Positions 1 to 9,001 of a DNA stretch of 43,310 bases are shown here, in pieces. Below the pieces are notes generated by a model, which saw only the letters and a list, made by a program, of their open reading frames with translations, made no database searches and was not told the DNA's origin. The translations under genes and the position numbers were made by a program. Source of the stretch: Mycobacteriales bacterium. Lineage in GTDB: Bacteria; Actinomycetota; Actinomycetes; JAFAQI01. Where the stretch lies: assembly GCA_035545175.1 (NCBI GenBank), contig DASZYY010000258.1, forward strand, positions 1 through 43,310, read 5' to 3'. Position 1 is the stretch's first letter. Every line of letters starts with the position of its first letter.

Positions 1-210
1 GGCGAGGTGGCGGGTGATCGCCCCGCGGAGCCGTTCGTGTTCCAGCACCCCGCCACCGGGTAGCGCCCATTTCCGGGCAAATGGCTGCTTTGCGCGGTGC
101 CACATCAGCACCGAGAGGCGGCCGTCACGGACCGACAGCACGACCGCGAGCACCTCGTGCGGGTAGCTCTGCCAGTCCGGCAGGGAGGTCTCGCCCTTCG
201 ACCCCGGCAC
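1..210 (-). CDS. Nudix-family protein, NrtR-like (3' end outside the window)
   Basis: My minus-strand translation from GTG at 210 reads VPGSKGETSLPDWQSYPHEVLAVVLSVRDGRLSVLMWHRAKQPFARKWALPGGGVLEHERLRGAITRHLA. It has a GX5EX7R Nudix-box start, but RH replaces the usual RE. It lies divergent from nadABC, the usual NrtR position in Actinobacteria. The ORF track missed it because it has no ATG and is truncated. Confidence 0.6.
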   Translation of the reverse strand, partial: MPGSKGETSLPDWQSYPHEVLAVVLSVRDGRLSVLMWHRAKQPFARKWALPGGGVLEHERLRGAITRHLA

Positions 211-224
211 GAAGAGGATGGTAC

Positions 225-260
225 GGTTTGAGGCAGGTAATCGTCTATAAGGCGAAAACC
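225..260. promoter_or_regulatory. Imperfect inverted repeat in the Nudix/nadA divergent intergenic region; candidate operator
   Basis: GGTTTgaGgC...GgCgaAAACC outer arms match 7 of 10. The inner GTAATCGTC-TATAA-GGCGAAAAC matches 6 of 9. It sits in the only AT-richer stretch of the 67-nt spacer. Assigning it as a regulator site is inference only. Confidence 0.25.
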
Positions 261-277
261 TCGAGAGGGGCGGAACG

Positions 278-1273
278 ATGACGACGCGGACGACGTCGGA
301 GGCGGCCACGCTCCTGCCTGGGTGGCAGGACGAGGTCCGCTCGTTGGCCAAGGCGCGCAACGCTGTCCTGCTCGCGCACAACTATCAGGTGCCCGAGATC
401 CAGGAGGTCGCCGACCACGTCGGCGACTCACTCGCCCTGTCTCGCATCGCGGCGGACACCGACGCCGCGGAGATCGTGTTCTGCGGTGTCCACTTCATGG
501 CGGAGACGGCCAAGCTGCTCTCGCCCGAGAAGAAGGTGCTGATCCCGACCGCGGCGGCCGGGTGTTCGCTGGCCGACACCATCGACGCCGACGGTCTGCG
601 CAGGTGGAAGTCGGAGAACCCCGGTGCGGTGGTCGTCGCCTACGTCAACACCACGGCCGCGGTGAAGGCGGAGACCGACATCTGCTGTACGTCGTCGAAT
701 GCGGTCGAGGTCGTCAACTCGATCCCGGCGGATCGGCCGGTGCTGTTCTGCCCGGATCAGTTCCTCGGCGCCCACGTGCAACGAATGACCGGCCGTACGA
801 ACATGCAGATCTGGATGGGGGAGTGTCACGTCCACGCCGGCATCTCCCCGACGGACGTCCGCGAGCAGGTCGCGGCGCATCCTAACGCGGAGCTGTTGAT
901 CCACCCGGAGTGCGGCTGCGCGACGTCTGCGCTGTGGCTGACCGGGACCGGTGATCTGCCGGCTGACCGGACCCACATCCTGTCCACCGGCGGCATGGCG
1001 GACATCGCACCGACGCTGAAATCCGGGACGGCTCTCGTGGCCACCGAGATCGGAATGCTGCATCAGTTGCGCCGCCTCAACGCCAACGTCGACTTCGTGG
1101 CGATGAACCCGCAGGCGTCCTGCAAGTACATGAAGATGATCACCCCGGAGCTCCTGCTGCGATGCCTTCGAGAGGGGCGCGACGTCGTCGACGTACCGGG
1201 GGATGTGGCAGCCGCCGCGCGGCGCTCGGTGGAGCGGATGATCGCCATCGGCAACCCGGGGAGTGGCGAGTGA
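278..1273 (+). CDS. nadA: Quinolinate synthase NadA
   Basis: 331-aa ORF with a NadA-typical sequence ([40 protein letters not shown]). ATG at 278 is preceded by GAGAGGGG. Confidence 0.95.
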   Translation: MTTRTTSEAATLLPGWQDEVRSLAKARNAVLLAHNYQVPEIQEVADHVGDSLALSRIAADTDAAEIVFCGVHFMAETAKLLSPEKKVLIPTAAAGCSLADTIDADGLRRWKSENPGAVVVAYVNTTAAVKAETDICCTSSNAVEVVNSIPADRPVLFCPDQFLGAHVQRMTGRTNMQIWMGECHVHAGISPTDVREQVAAHPNAELLIHPECGCATSALWLTGTGDLPADRTHILSTGGMADIAPTLKSGTALVATEIGMLHQLRRLNANVDFVAMNPQASCKYMKMITPELLLRCLREGRDVVDVPGDVAAAARRSVERMIAIGNPGSGE

Positions 1274-2832
1274 CACCGCGCGACGACTATGACGTCGTCG
1301 TCGTCGGGTCCGGTGTTGCCGGCCTCACCTGCGCGTTGCGGCTCGCCGGCCGGCGCCGGGTCCTCTTGATCAGCGCCGGGGCGCTTCGGTCCGGGAGCAC
1401 ACCGTGGGCGCAGGGCGGTATCTCTGCCGCGGTAGGACCGGACGACAGCCCGCGCCGTCACGCCGATGACACCAGGGTCGCCGGCGCAGGCATGTGCGAC
1501 GACCAGATGCTGACGGTGCTGACGAGCGCCGCGCCGGACGTCGTCGCCCGGCTGGTTTCAACCGGGGTGCACTTCGACGCCGCCGCAGACGGCCGGCCGG
1601 CGCTCACCCGCGAAGGCGGGCACCACCGGGACCGGGTTCTGCACGCCGGCGGGGATGCGACGGGCGCGGAGATCAGCCGTGCCCTGGTCGCGGCGGTGGG
1701 CCGTCTGGGCGTCGACGTCCTCGAGCACACCTCGGTGGTCGATCTCGTGATGTCCACTGACGCCGCGCACCCGCAGGTGACTGGCGTGATGGTCAGCCGC
1801 GGCGGCCTCGTCACCGAGATGATCCCGGCACGTGCTGTCGTGCTCGCGACCGGTGGCGCCGGCGGCGTGTTCCGGGCCAGCACCAACCCGGCCGAGGTGG
1901 CGGGCGACGGCTTGGCGCTGGCACTGCGCGCCGGCGCGGCGCTGGTCGACATCGAGTTCGTGCAGTTCCACCCAACCGGCCTCCGCGTCGACGGCATCGG
2001 CCAGGTGCCACTGATCTCCGAGGCGCTTCGGGGCGAGGGAGCGGTGCTCCGCGACCGTGACGGCGCGCCGATCATGGCGGGTCACCATCCGCTTGCTGAT
2101 CTCGCGCCTCGCGATGTCGTCGCGCGGCGCATCGATGAGGTCGGCTGGGTCGGTCTCGATGCCACCGGTTTCGCCGAAGTGATGCCGATGCGCTTTCCGA
2201 CCGCGTACCGCATCTGTCGCGACCACGGGATCGATCCCGCGACGGACCTGATTCCGGTGGCGCCGGTCCAGCACTTCCTGTGCGGGGGCATCCGGACCGA
2301 CCGCGACGGCGCAACCGATGTGGTGGGCCTCTACGCGGTCGGAGAGTGTGCGGCGACTGGTGTCCATGGCGCCAACCGGCTCGCGTCGAACAGCTTGCTG
2401 GAGGGGCTGGTGTTCGGGGCCAGAGCAGCTGACGCGCTGTCTGCGGAGCTGCCCGAGCGCGCAGCGGGTACCCGATGCGTCACGCCCGCGCCGACCGTGC
2501 CCGACAGCGCGGTCACGGCGATCCGGTCGACGATGAGCCGGTACGCCGCGGTCCGCCGTTCCGGTGCCGGCCTCGCGGCCGCCGACGCCGCGCTGCGTGG
2601 CCTGCTTCGGGGAACGGGCGACGCTGACGCGAGCGTCGCCGCAGCCAACCGGTGGACGGTCGCGGCCGCCATCGTCGCGGCGGCGACCGCGCGACGCGAG
2701 AGCCGGGGCTGCCACTGGCGAGCGGACTACCCAGCCGCGCTGGATGCTTGGCGGCACCGAATCGTGGTGCGCCTCGACGAAGCCGGCTTGCCGGTCGCCG
2801 AACCGGACGTCGCGCTCGGCCGGTCGGCGTGA
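1270..2832 (+). CDS. nadB: L-aspartate oxidase NadB
   Basis: GTG at 1270 overlaps the nadA stop (GTGA). The N-terminus [14 protein letters not shown] is an FAD Rossmann motif. Other typical elements are the HPT motif, [25 protein letters not shown] and a C-terminal RESRG.H.R.D. The ORF-track start at 1162 is an in-frame shadow extension. Confidence 0.95.
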   Translation: MTPRDDYDVVVVGSGVAGLTCALRLAGRRRVLLISAGALRSGSTPWAQGGISAAVGPDDSPRRHADDTRVAGAGMCDDQMLTVLTSAAPDVVARLVSTGVHFDAAADGRPALTREGGHHRDRVLHAGGDATGAEISRALVAAVGRLGVDVLEHTSVVDLVMSTDAAHPQVTGVMVSRGGLVTEMIPARAVVLATGGAGGVFRASTNPAEVAGDGLALALRAGAALVDIEFVQFHPTGLRVDGIGQVPLISEALRGEGAVLRDRDGAPIMAGHHPLADLAPRDVVARRIDEVGWVGLDATGFAEVMPMRFPTAYRICRDHGIDPATDLIPVAPVQHFLCGGIRTDRDGATDVVGLYAVGECAATGVHGANRLASNSLLEGLVFGARAADALSAELPERAAGTRCVTPAPTVPDSAVTAIRSTMSRYAAVRRSGAGLAAADAALRGLLRGTGDADASVAAANRWTVAAAIVAAATARRESRGCHWRADYPAALDAWRHRIVVRLDEAGLPVAEPDVALGRSA

Positions 2833-3716
2833 TCAGCGCCACGACGGCGGACGCACTTCGCGAAGTGGGCCTCGACCCGGACGACGTCCTCGTCGTCATC
2901 CAGCGGGGGCTCGACGAAGATCTCGGCACCGCCGGCGACCTCACCGGTACGGCCACCGTCGACGAGACGGCCCGCCTGAAGTGCCACTACGTCCCGCGCG
3001 CCGATGGCGTCATCGCCGGCATGCCCCTGCTCAACGCGATCGTCGAGCACTACCTCGGCGATGACGCGACTCTCAACGCACTGGCCCGCGACGGCGATCT
3101 GGTCCGAACCGGGCAGACCATTGCGGTGATCGAGGCGAGCGCCCGCGGCGTGCTCGCCATCGAACGGCTGTCGCTCAACCTGCTTGGTCACCTGTCCGGC
3201 ATCGCGACGGTCACGCGCGCGTGGGTCGATGCGGTCGCCGGGACGCCGGCCCGGATCCGCGACACTCGCAAGACGACGCCGGGCCTTCGTGACCTGGAGA
3301 AGTACGCCGTGCGGTGTGGCGGCGGCGTGAACCACCGGCGTGGTCTCGACAGCGGCGTTCTCATCAAGGACAACCACGTCTCGGCCGCCGGCGGAGTCGG
3401 TGCTGCGCTGGACCGCGTCCGCGCGGCGTACCCCGGCGACACCGTGTCGATCCAGGTCGAGGTGGACGACATGGCGGAGCTGGCCGAGGCGGTCGAGCAC
3501 GGCGCACCGGCGATCCTGCTGGACAACTTCAGCGACGAACAGCTCGCCGAGGCCGTCGCCTACGTCCGCCGGACCCGACCCGAGGTCGCGCTCGAGGCGA
3601 GTGGTGGGCTCACACTGGAGCGGGCCGCAGCTGTCGCCGCCACGGGCGTCGACTACCTCGCGATCGGCGGCCTGACCCATTCGGCTCCGGTCCTGGACAT
3701 CGGGCTCGACGTCTAG
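2829..3716 (+). CDS. nadC: Nicotinate-nucleotide pyrophosphorylase (quinolinate phosphoribosyltransferase) NadC
   Basis: GTG at 2829 overlaps the nadB stop (GTGA). QPRTase-typical elements are DTRKTTPGLR..EKYAV..GGG.NHR.GL.D..LIKDNH and LEASGG..L. nadC completes the nadABC order. Confidence 0.93.
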   Translation: MISATTADALREVGLDPDDVLVVIQRGLDEDLGTAGDLTGTATVDETARLKCHYVPRADGVIAGMPLLNAIVEHYLGDDATLNALARDGDLVRTGQTIAVIEASARGVLAIERLSLNLLGHLSGIATVTRAWVDAVAGTPARIRDTRKTTPGLRDLEKYAVRCGGGVNHRRGLDSGVLIKDNHVSAAGGVGAALDRVRAAYPGDTVSIQVEVDDMAELAEAVEHGAPAILLDNFSDEQLAEAVAYVRRTRPEVALEASGGLTLERAAAVAATGVDYLAIGGLTHSAPVLDIGLDV

Positions 3717-3729
3717 CACCGTCCTCGTC

Positions 3730-5145
3730 GTGCGCTTGCGTGAGGTCGCCGTCACGATGGCGGCGACGCTGCTGTCGTTCGGCAGCGCACTCTGCCTCAA
3801 GCACGTCGTCGGTCTGACCTCCGGCAGCGTTCTGCTCGCTGTCGTGCTCGCGATGTCGATCGGGCAGCAGCAGGCCAGGGGCGATGCCCGCCACCGCCAG
3901 ACGTTGTTCCCAGGCGCGCTGCTGTTGCCGTTGCTTGCGGTCATGGCCGGTGAGATCAGCAAGCGGATGTACACGCATCCGAACGTCGGTGACGCGTTGT
4001 TCGTCGTCGGCATGTCAGGTGCGATCTGGCTACGTCGATTCGGTGGCATCGGCCGCCGCGCGGGGACTCTCTTGACGACTGCGCTGACGGCGACGCTGAT
4101 CGCACCGGGACCGGTTGTGCCACTCGGCCCGCACGCGCCGACGCGGTGGTGGGGTGCGGTCGTTGCCGTGATCGCGCTGGCGTGGGTCCGCATCGCCAGG
4201 AGCGTTGCCGAAGGAACCGGCATCCTGCCGGCGCGGCCGGTGGTAGGCGAGCGGCCGGTCCCCCAGCGGGCGTCCGGCCGCCTGCCGGCAAGCACGAAGA
4301 TGGCGCTGCAGATGGCCGCCGCACTGGCGGGTGCGTTCGCCGCGGGTCGCGCGCAGTTCGGGATGCACTGGACGTGGACAGTGCTCACCGCCTTCATCGT
4401 CGGCAGCGGAAACCGTGGGCGCGGCGACGTCACCCAGAAGGCGGCCCTACGCGTGGCCGGCGCGACCGGAGGGACGCTGATCGCAACCCTGCTCGCGAAC
4501 GCGTTCCCGGCGGGCGATGACTGGTCGGTCGTGACGATCTTCGTCGTGCTGGCCATTGCGCTGTGGCTCCGGCCGCTGAGCTACGCGTTCTGGGCGGCCG
4601 GGATGACCGCGGCGCTCGCACTGCTCTACGGCTTCTACGGCGAGCAGGGCGCCCATCTGCTGATCGACCGGTTGGAGGGGATTCTCATCGGCGCCGCGAT
4701 CGGTGTCGCGGCGGCGTGGCTCGTATTCCCGATCCGCAACGTCGATGTGATCCGCAGGCACCTCGCGATCGCCCTGGGCGAGATCGCAATCCGGCTGGCG
4801 GGCGACGAGACCCACCCGACCTTCCCGGCGGACAGCGTGATCGTGATTCACGAGTCGACGACTGCCGCCGAGCTGGCTGCCGGATCTGTGCGATGGCTGC
4901 GCGTCCTTCCGTCGTGGTGGCACACCGCGCTGGCTTACGCCGATGCGAGCGGTGAGCTCGCCGTAGGTGCCGCCAATGTCGCTGCGTTGCCGGGGCAACG
5001 GCTGGAGTTGTCGGCGGAAGCGCGCAGCTCCCTGACCGGCGACGTGACTGCCGCGAGGCGGGCACTGGCGAGCGATGCGCCGCACCAACGCGTCGCGGAC
5101 CTTCCTGTCCTCGCAAGGCGAATCGCGGCGGCGTTGCGCCGCTGA
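3730..5145 (+). CDS. FUSC / aromatic-acid-exporter-like integral membrane protein
   Basis: 471 aa with several hydrophobic helices in two blocks and a soluble C-terminal third. The ...RVAGATGGTLIATLLA...DRLEGILIGAAIGVAAAWLVFP pattern is typical of the FUSC/ArAE family. It starts 13 nt after nadC. Confidence 0.65.
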   Translation: MRLREVAVTMAATLLSFGSALCLKHVVGLTSGSVLLAVVLAMSIGQQQARGDARHRQTLFPGALLLPLLAVMAGEISKRMYTHPNVGDALFVVGMSGAIWLRRFGGIGRRAGTLLTTALTATLIAPGPVVPLGPHAPTRWWGAVVAVIALAWVRIARSVAEGTGILPARPVVGERPVPQRASGRLPASTKMALQMAAALAGAFAAGRAQFGMHWTWTVLTAFIVGSGNRGRGDVTQKAALRVAGATGGTLIATLLANAFPAGDDWSVVTIFVVLAIALWLRPLSYAFWAAGMTAALALLYGFYGEQGAHLLIDRLEGILIGAAIGVAAAWLVFPIRNVDVIRRHLAIALGEIAIRLAGDETHPTFPADSVIVIHESTTAAELAAGSVRWLRVLPSWWHTALAYADASGELAVGAANVAALPGQRLELSAEARSSLTGDVTAARRALASDAPHQRVADLPVLARRIAAALRR

Positions 5146-5151
5146 GACGCG

Positions 5152-5619
5152 CTAGGAACCGGCGCCCTGCAGCGACCTGTGCTCGATGAAGCTGATCCGG
5201 CCGTTCGCCTCGAGGATCGCCCACCGCAGGTCGGTGAACGACATGATCTGCTGCAGTCGCATCTCCTCGGCAACGTCGTCCGGCGTCAGCCGGTGCCGGC
5301 GCAGGTTCTCCGTCACCAGCTCGCCGTTGTCGATGAGCACGACCGGACGCCCTTCGAGCACGGCACGCAACCGCCGTGACCGGAATCCGAGGTACGCGGT
5401 GACAACCTGCAGGACGGCGAAGGTCGAGACGACGATGACCGCCCCGGTCACCGAGTAGTCGTCTTGGGTGAGGCCCTGCTGGATCGCATCGCCCATCACG
5501 ATCAGCAGGACGAGGTCGACCGCGGTCAGCGAGGTCAGCTCGCGACGCCCGACCGCCCGCATCACGAACATGACGAAGCAGTAGAGGACGATCGCCCGGA
5601 TCGCGAGGTCCATCAGCAC
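5152..5619 (-). CDS. DUF421 (YetF-like) membrane protein
   Basis: 155 aa with an N-terminal TM region plus R.VGKR.L..LT..D.V..I..G and the C-terminal G.L....L....LT.DDL..ELR motif, typical of DUF421. An alternative ATG start is at 5613. Confidence 0.75.
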   Translation of the reverse strand: MLMDLAIRAIVLYCFVMFVMRAVGRRELTSLTAVDLVLLIVMGDAIQQGLTQDDYSVTGAVIVVSTFAVLQVVTAYLGFRSRRLRAVLEGRPVVLIDNGELVTENLRRHRLTPDDVAEEMRLQQIMSFTDLRWAILEANGRISFIEHRSLQGAGS

Positions 5620-5626
5620 GCTCCCA

Positions 5627-6154
5627 TCACGGCACGACTGTCATGGTCCGGCTGAGGGTCACGACGGGCTCGCTGTTGCTGAGCACGGTCAGGACCTGGT
5701 GGCGGCGGCTGAGGCTGGTCGGGTTGACCTGGTAGTCGAGAAACTGCACCCAGGGCTGCCCGGGTTGCAGCGTCCCGAGATCGAAGACGAGCGACCCGCC
5801 CGGTCCACTCTTCTCGGTGGATGGGCCTGGCTCGATGGTGTTCATGGTGAGCCCGTCGACCCAACCGGAGCCGAGGACCAGCTGGGCGTCCGGCAGCACG
5901 GCTTTCGGGGTGATCGTGATCTTCACCTGGAACAACAGGCCGGGACGCACAGCGCTCGGCGCGCGGAGGTCGAGGGTGGCTTGCGACGACGCCGCGCGAG
6001 CGCTGATGGCGCGCTGTCCCACCACGTTGCTGAGCGCAACGATGATCACCGCCGCGAGAAGGCACATGGCCGCACGTCGAATCCAGACGCCGATTCGGTC
6101 CACCCGGTCGTCGTATGGCCGGCCGGACTCGATCGGTTCGACTGCATTTGCCAT
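5627..6154 (-). CDS. Hypothetical single-pass membrane protein with a beta-rich extracytoplasmic domain
   Basis: Start chosen at ATG 6154 (MANAVEP...), downstream of the preceding gene's stop at 6213. It has one TM helix (CLLAAVIIVALSNVV) followed by about 130 aa of alternating beta-like sequence. It lies 7 nt upstream of the DUF421 gene. I recognise no family. Confidence 0.5.
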   Translation of the reverse strand: MANAVEPIESGRPYDDRVDRIGVWIRRAAMCLLAAVIIVALSNVVGQRAISARAASSQATLDLRAPSAVRPGLLFQVKITITPKAVLPDAQLVLGSGWVDGLTMNTIEPGPSTEKSGPGGSLVFDLGTLQPGQPWVQFLDYQVNPTSLSRRHQVLTVLSNSEPVVTLSRTMTVVP

Positions 6155-6212
6155 TGCTGGCGGAGGATTCCCGCCGCCGGCCACTGGCAAACGATCTTCC
6201 GACGGTCGCGCC

Positions 6213-7901
6213 CTACCCCACGGGTAGCTGGAAGGCCTGGACTCCCGACAGCGGTGACAGCGGTGACTGGCCGATCGCTCGCTGCACCGTCGGCGGAACG
6301 GCAAGCCCGAGCGCCTTGTACTCGAGGTCGGTCTCGTTCGTCCCGGTGCCGAGGTAGATCGAGCTTCCGCTGACTACCGCGGTCGACGACGGCGGCCCGA
6401 CGATCGGGCCGACCCACAGCGGGAGCCCGGTCTTGAGGTCGACCGCGACGACGGAGCTAGCGACGGTGAGCGGGAGCAGGGCGATGTCGTTCACGACCGA
6501 CGCCGATGCGTACGTCGGCGCGGCCAACCGGTCGCTCCACAGCACTTTGCCGGTGTTGGCGTCGAAGGAGTGGATGTTCGCCACCGCCCCGGGCCAGTTG
6601 CCGCCGTTGCGGAACGGAATCGGGATCGCGGTGCCGCCGACGATCTGGCGGGCGGTGCCTGTGGCATCGGAGGCAACCGCCAGCGATCCGATGAAACCGC
6701 CGACTGCGAAGCCCTGAGACAGGTTGCCCGGGGAGCCGTCGGCCTGCTGCCACAACGCCGTCCCGCTGCGCGCCTTGCGGGCGTAGTAGATCGAGCTCTT
6801 CGACCCGTCGCCGGCGACGACCTGATGCCGCGCGTTGCGGTAGATGTTCACCGACGACCCGAAGTCGTCGTCGAGGTAGGCCTCGTTCATGCCGGCGTTG
6901 GACGAGGCCATGTGCTCGGCCGGCGCGAAGCGCCAGAGGAACTTGCCCGACGCGGCGTCCACGGCCATCAGCGACTCCGACCAGTTCTGGTGGTGCGCGC
7001 GAGCCCGTGCCGGGTTGTCGCAGTTCCCGACGCCGTAGATCATCACGTTCGTCGCGGGGTCGACCGCCGGCGAGGACCACACGTCGCCGCAGCCCTGGCC
7101 CTTGCCTGACCCCTCCGTCAGTCCTTTGCGCCCGTAGTAGGTGCGGTTGGTCTCGGCGTCGCTCTTCCAGAGCGGCTTGAACGACCAGTGCCCTTCCGGA
7201 TCGGAGTGCAGGGCGAGCGCGACCACCCCGGTGCGGCCGACCCCCGCATCGTTGTGGACGTCGAGACCGATGAAGATCCGCTTCTGGACGTGGCGGCCGA
7301 CCTTGACGTCGGCGACCGCGGGGGAGGACTCGATCTCGACGGTCGGCGGGTTCGGCGCGGTCTGCTGGCGCTTGCGCAGCTTCGGCTTGCGGGGGTCGAG
7401 CTCGATCGACGCCAGGAGCTTCCCGGTGTCTGCCGACAGCGCCCACAGCGACGAGCTGCCGCCGAACAGCACGACCTCTTCAGACCGGTGCGTCCCGGCC
7501 ACCGGGAACGGCTCGACGGCGGCGCTGGACACGATCTGGCCGAACGCCACCGGATTGGTGACGTTGATGTCGAAGACCCACTGCTGCCGGCCGGTGGTGG
7601 CGTTGAGCGAGTAGAACTTCCCGTCCCACGCCCCGACGTACACGCTGTTCCCGACGACCGCCGGTGAGGCGGTCACCGAGTCGTCGGTGTGGAAGAACCA
7701 CTTCGGGAGCATCGTCGCGACGTTCTTCGACGAGATCGGTGAGCAGCCGTTGTCGACCGAGAAGCTGTGGTCGGAGTCATGTCCGTACTGCCGCCAGTCG
7801 GTACAGGAGCGGCCCGCCGAAGGCGACGGGCCGGCCGCGGCCACCGAGCTGGCGGCGGCAAGCGTCAGCGCCGTCGCAAGGACGCAGAATCTGGGATTCA
7901 T
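6213..7901 (-). CDS. Secreted PQQ-like beta-propeller repeat protein
   Basis: ATG at 7901 gives a canonical signal peptide, MNPRFCVLATALTLAAASSVAAAG. Repeated ...V.G..VY.G..DG..Y.L.A.TG...W blades are typical of the PQQ_2/BamB-like propeller family. Confidence 0.8.
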   Translation of the reverse strand: MNPRFCVLATALTLAAASSVAAAGPSPSAGRSCTDWRQYGHDSDHSFSVDNGCSPISSKNVATMLPKWFFHTDDSVTASPAVVGNSVYVGAWDGKFYSLNATTGRQQWVFDINVTNPVAFGQIVSSAAVEPFPVAGTHRSEEVVLFGGSSSLWALSADTGKLLASIELDPRKPKLRKRQQTAPNPPTVEIESSPAVADVKVGRHVQKRIFIGLDVHNDAGVGRTGVVALALHSDPEGHWSFKPLWKSDAETNRTYYGRKGLTEGSGKGQGCGDVWSSPAVDPATNVMIYGVGNCDNPARARAHHQNWSESLMAVDAASGKFLWRFAPAEHMASSNAGMNEAYLDDDFGSSVNIYRNARHQVVAGDGSKSSIYYARKARSGTALWQQADGSPGNLSQGFAVGGFIGSLAVASDATGTARQIVGGTAIPIPFRNGGNWPGAVANIHSFDANTGKVLWSDRLAAPTYASASVVNDIALLPLTVASSVVAVDLKTGLPLWVGPIVGPPSSTAVVSGSSIYLGTGTNETDLEYKALGLAVPPTVQRAIGQSPLSPLSGVQAFQLPVG

Positions 7902-7920
7902 CCGGGATACTTCGACCTCG

Positions 7921-8997
7921 GTGATCAAATACCTCGGCTCCAAGCGAAATCTTGTACCCGTGCTCGGCGCGATGGCGCGGGCGCTGGGTGCTGGGTCCGC
8001 GGTCGACCTCTTCGCGGGGACCACCCGGGTCGCTCAGGAGCTCAAGCGCGGCGGGGTCGACGTCACCGCCGTGGACATTGCGACCTACACCGAGGTGCTG
8101 GCCCGATGCTTCATCGCCACCGACGCCGATGCGGTGGATGTCGAGGCCGTCACCGCCGCGCTCAGCGAGCTGTCGGCCCTCCCGGGCGAGGCCGGGTACT
8201 TCACCAGGACATTTTGCGAGGACGCGCGGTTCTTCCAGCCGAAGAACGGGATGCGGGTGGACGCCATCCGTACCGTGATCGAGGAGCGTCACGCCGGCTC
8301 GCCGCTGTATCCGATCCTGCTGACCTCGTTGCTGCTGGCCGCCGACCGGGTCGACTCCACCGCCGGCGTGCAGATGGCCTACCTCAAGCAGTGGGCGCCG
8401 CGCTCCCACAATGATCTCGAGCTGCGGGTGCCGGATCTGCTGCCGGGACCGGGTCGCGCCATTCGCGGTGATGCGCTCGAGGTCGCCCGGGTCCTCCCGC
8501 GCGTCGACCTGGCGTACGTCGACCCCCCGTACAACCAGCACCGATACTTCACGAACTACCACGTCTGGGAGACCTTGGTCCGGTGGGACGCCCCTGAGCA
8601 CTACGGCGTCGCTTGCAAACGGGTCGACAGTCGCGACCCGCAGACCAAGAGCATCTTCAACCGTCGCCGCGAGATGCCCCACGCACTACGCGACCTTCTC
8701 ACCAGCCTGTCGGCCGACACCGTCCTCGTCTCCTACAACGACGAGGCCTGGGTCTCGCCGACTGAGATCGCGACCTGGCTGCGGGAGGCCGGTCACCGCG
8801 ACGTCCGGATGCTCGGCTTCGACAGCAAGCGCTACGTCGGCGCACAGATCGGGATCCATGACCCGCTCGGTCGCAAGGTGGGGACGGTGTCGCACCTGCG
8901 CAACACCGAGTACGTCGTCGTCGCCGGTGAGGCGGATGCGGTCGAGGCGGCCACCGCGGCGGCCGTGGAGTGCCGGCCGTCCGTGCTGGCCGGCTGA
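7921..8997 (+). CDS. Site-specific DNA adenine methyltransferase, D12 (Dam-like, alpha-group) class
   Basis: GTG at 7921 gives (M)IKYLGSKRNL, the D12-class N-terminal motif. The AdoMet motif is VDLFAGT and the catalytic DPPY is at 8521-8532. The FxGxG-then-DPPY order indicates the alpha group. The ORF-track start at 7687 would overlap the propeller gene antisense. Confidence 0.85.
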   Translation: MIKYLGSKRNLVPVLGAMARALGAGSAVDLFAGTTRVAQELKRGGVDVTAVDIATYTEVLARCFIATDADAVDVEAVTAALSELSALPGEAGYFTRTFCEDARFFQPKNGMRVDAIRTVIEERHAGSPLYPILLTSLLLAADRVDSTAGVQMAYLKQWAPRSHNDLELRVPDLLPGPGRAIRGDALEVARVLPRVDLAYVDPPYNQHRYFTNYHVWETLVRWDAPEHYGVACKRVDSRDPQTKSIFNRRREMPHALRDLLTSLSADTVLVSYNDEAWVSPTEIATWLREAGHRDVRMLGFDSKRYVGAQIGIHDPLGRKVGTVSHLRNTEYVVVAGEADAVEAATAAAVECRPSVLAG

Positions 8998-9001
8998 TCA
9001 G

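Noticed and set aside
211-277. A riboswitch or leader upstream of nadA
   Set aside because: Only 67 nt are available and they are shared with a divergent gene. That is too short for a structured riboswitch aptamer plus expression platform, so protein-mediated (NrtR-type) control is more plausible.
428-4556. Long minus-strand ORFs (428-1276, 1558-2757, 2727-4556) opposite nadA, nadB, nadC and the FUSC gene
   Set aside because: They are Arg/Pro/Gly/Asp-rich and low in complexity, and they lie fully antisense to ORFs with unmistakable NadA/B/C sequences. These are typical high-GC shadow ORFs.
7687-7920. A 78-codon in-frame N-terminal extension of the methyltransferase ORF (MWKNHFGSIVATFF...)
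   Set aside because: It would overlap the propeller gene's signal peptide and N-terminal region antisense. D12 methyltransferases begin within a few residues of the xxGSK motif, which the GTG at 7921 provides.
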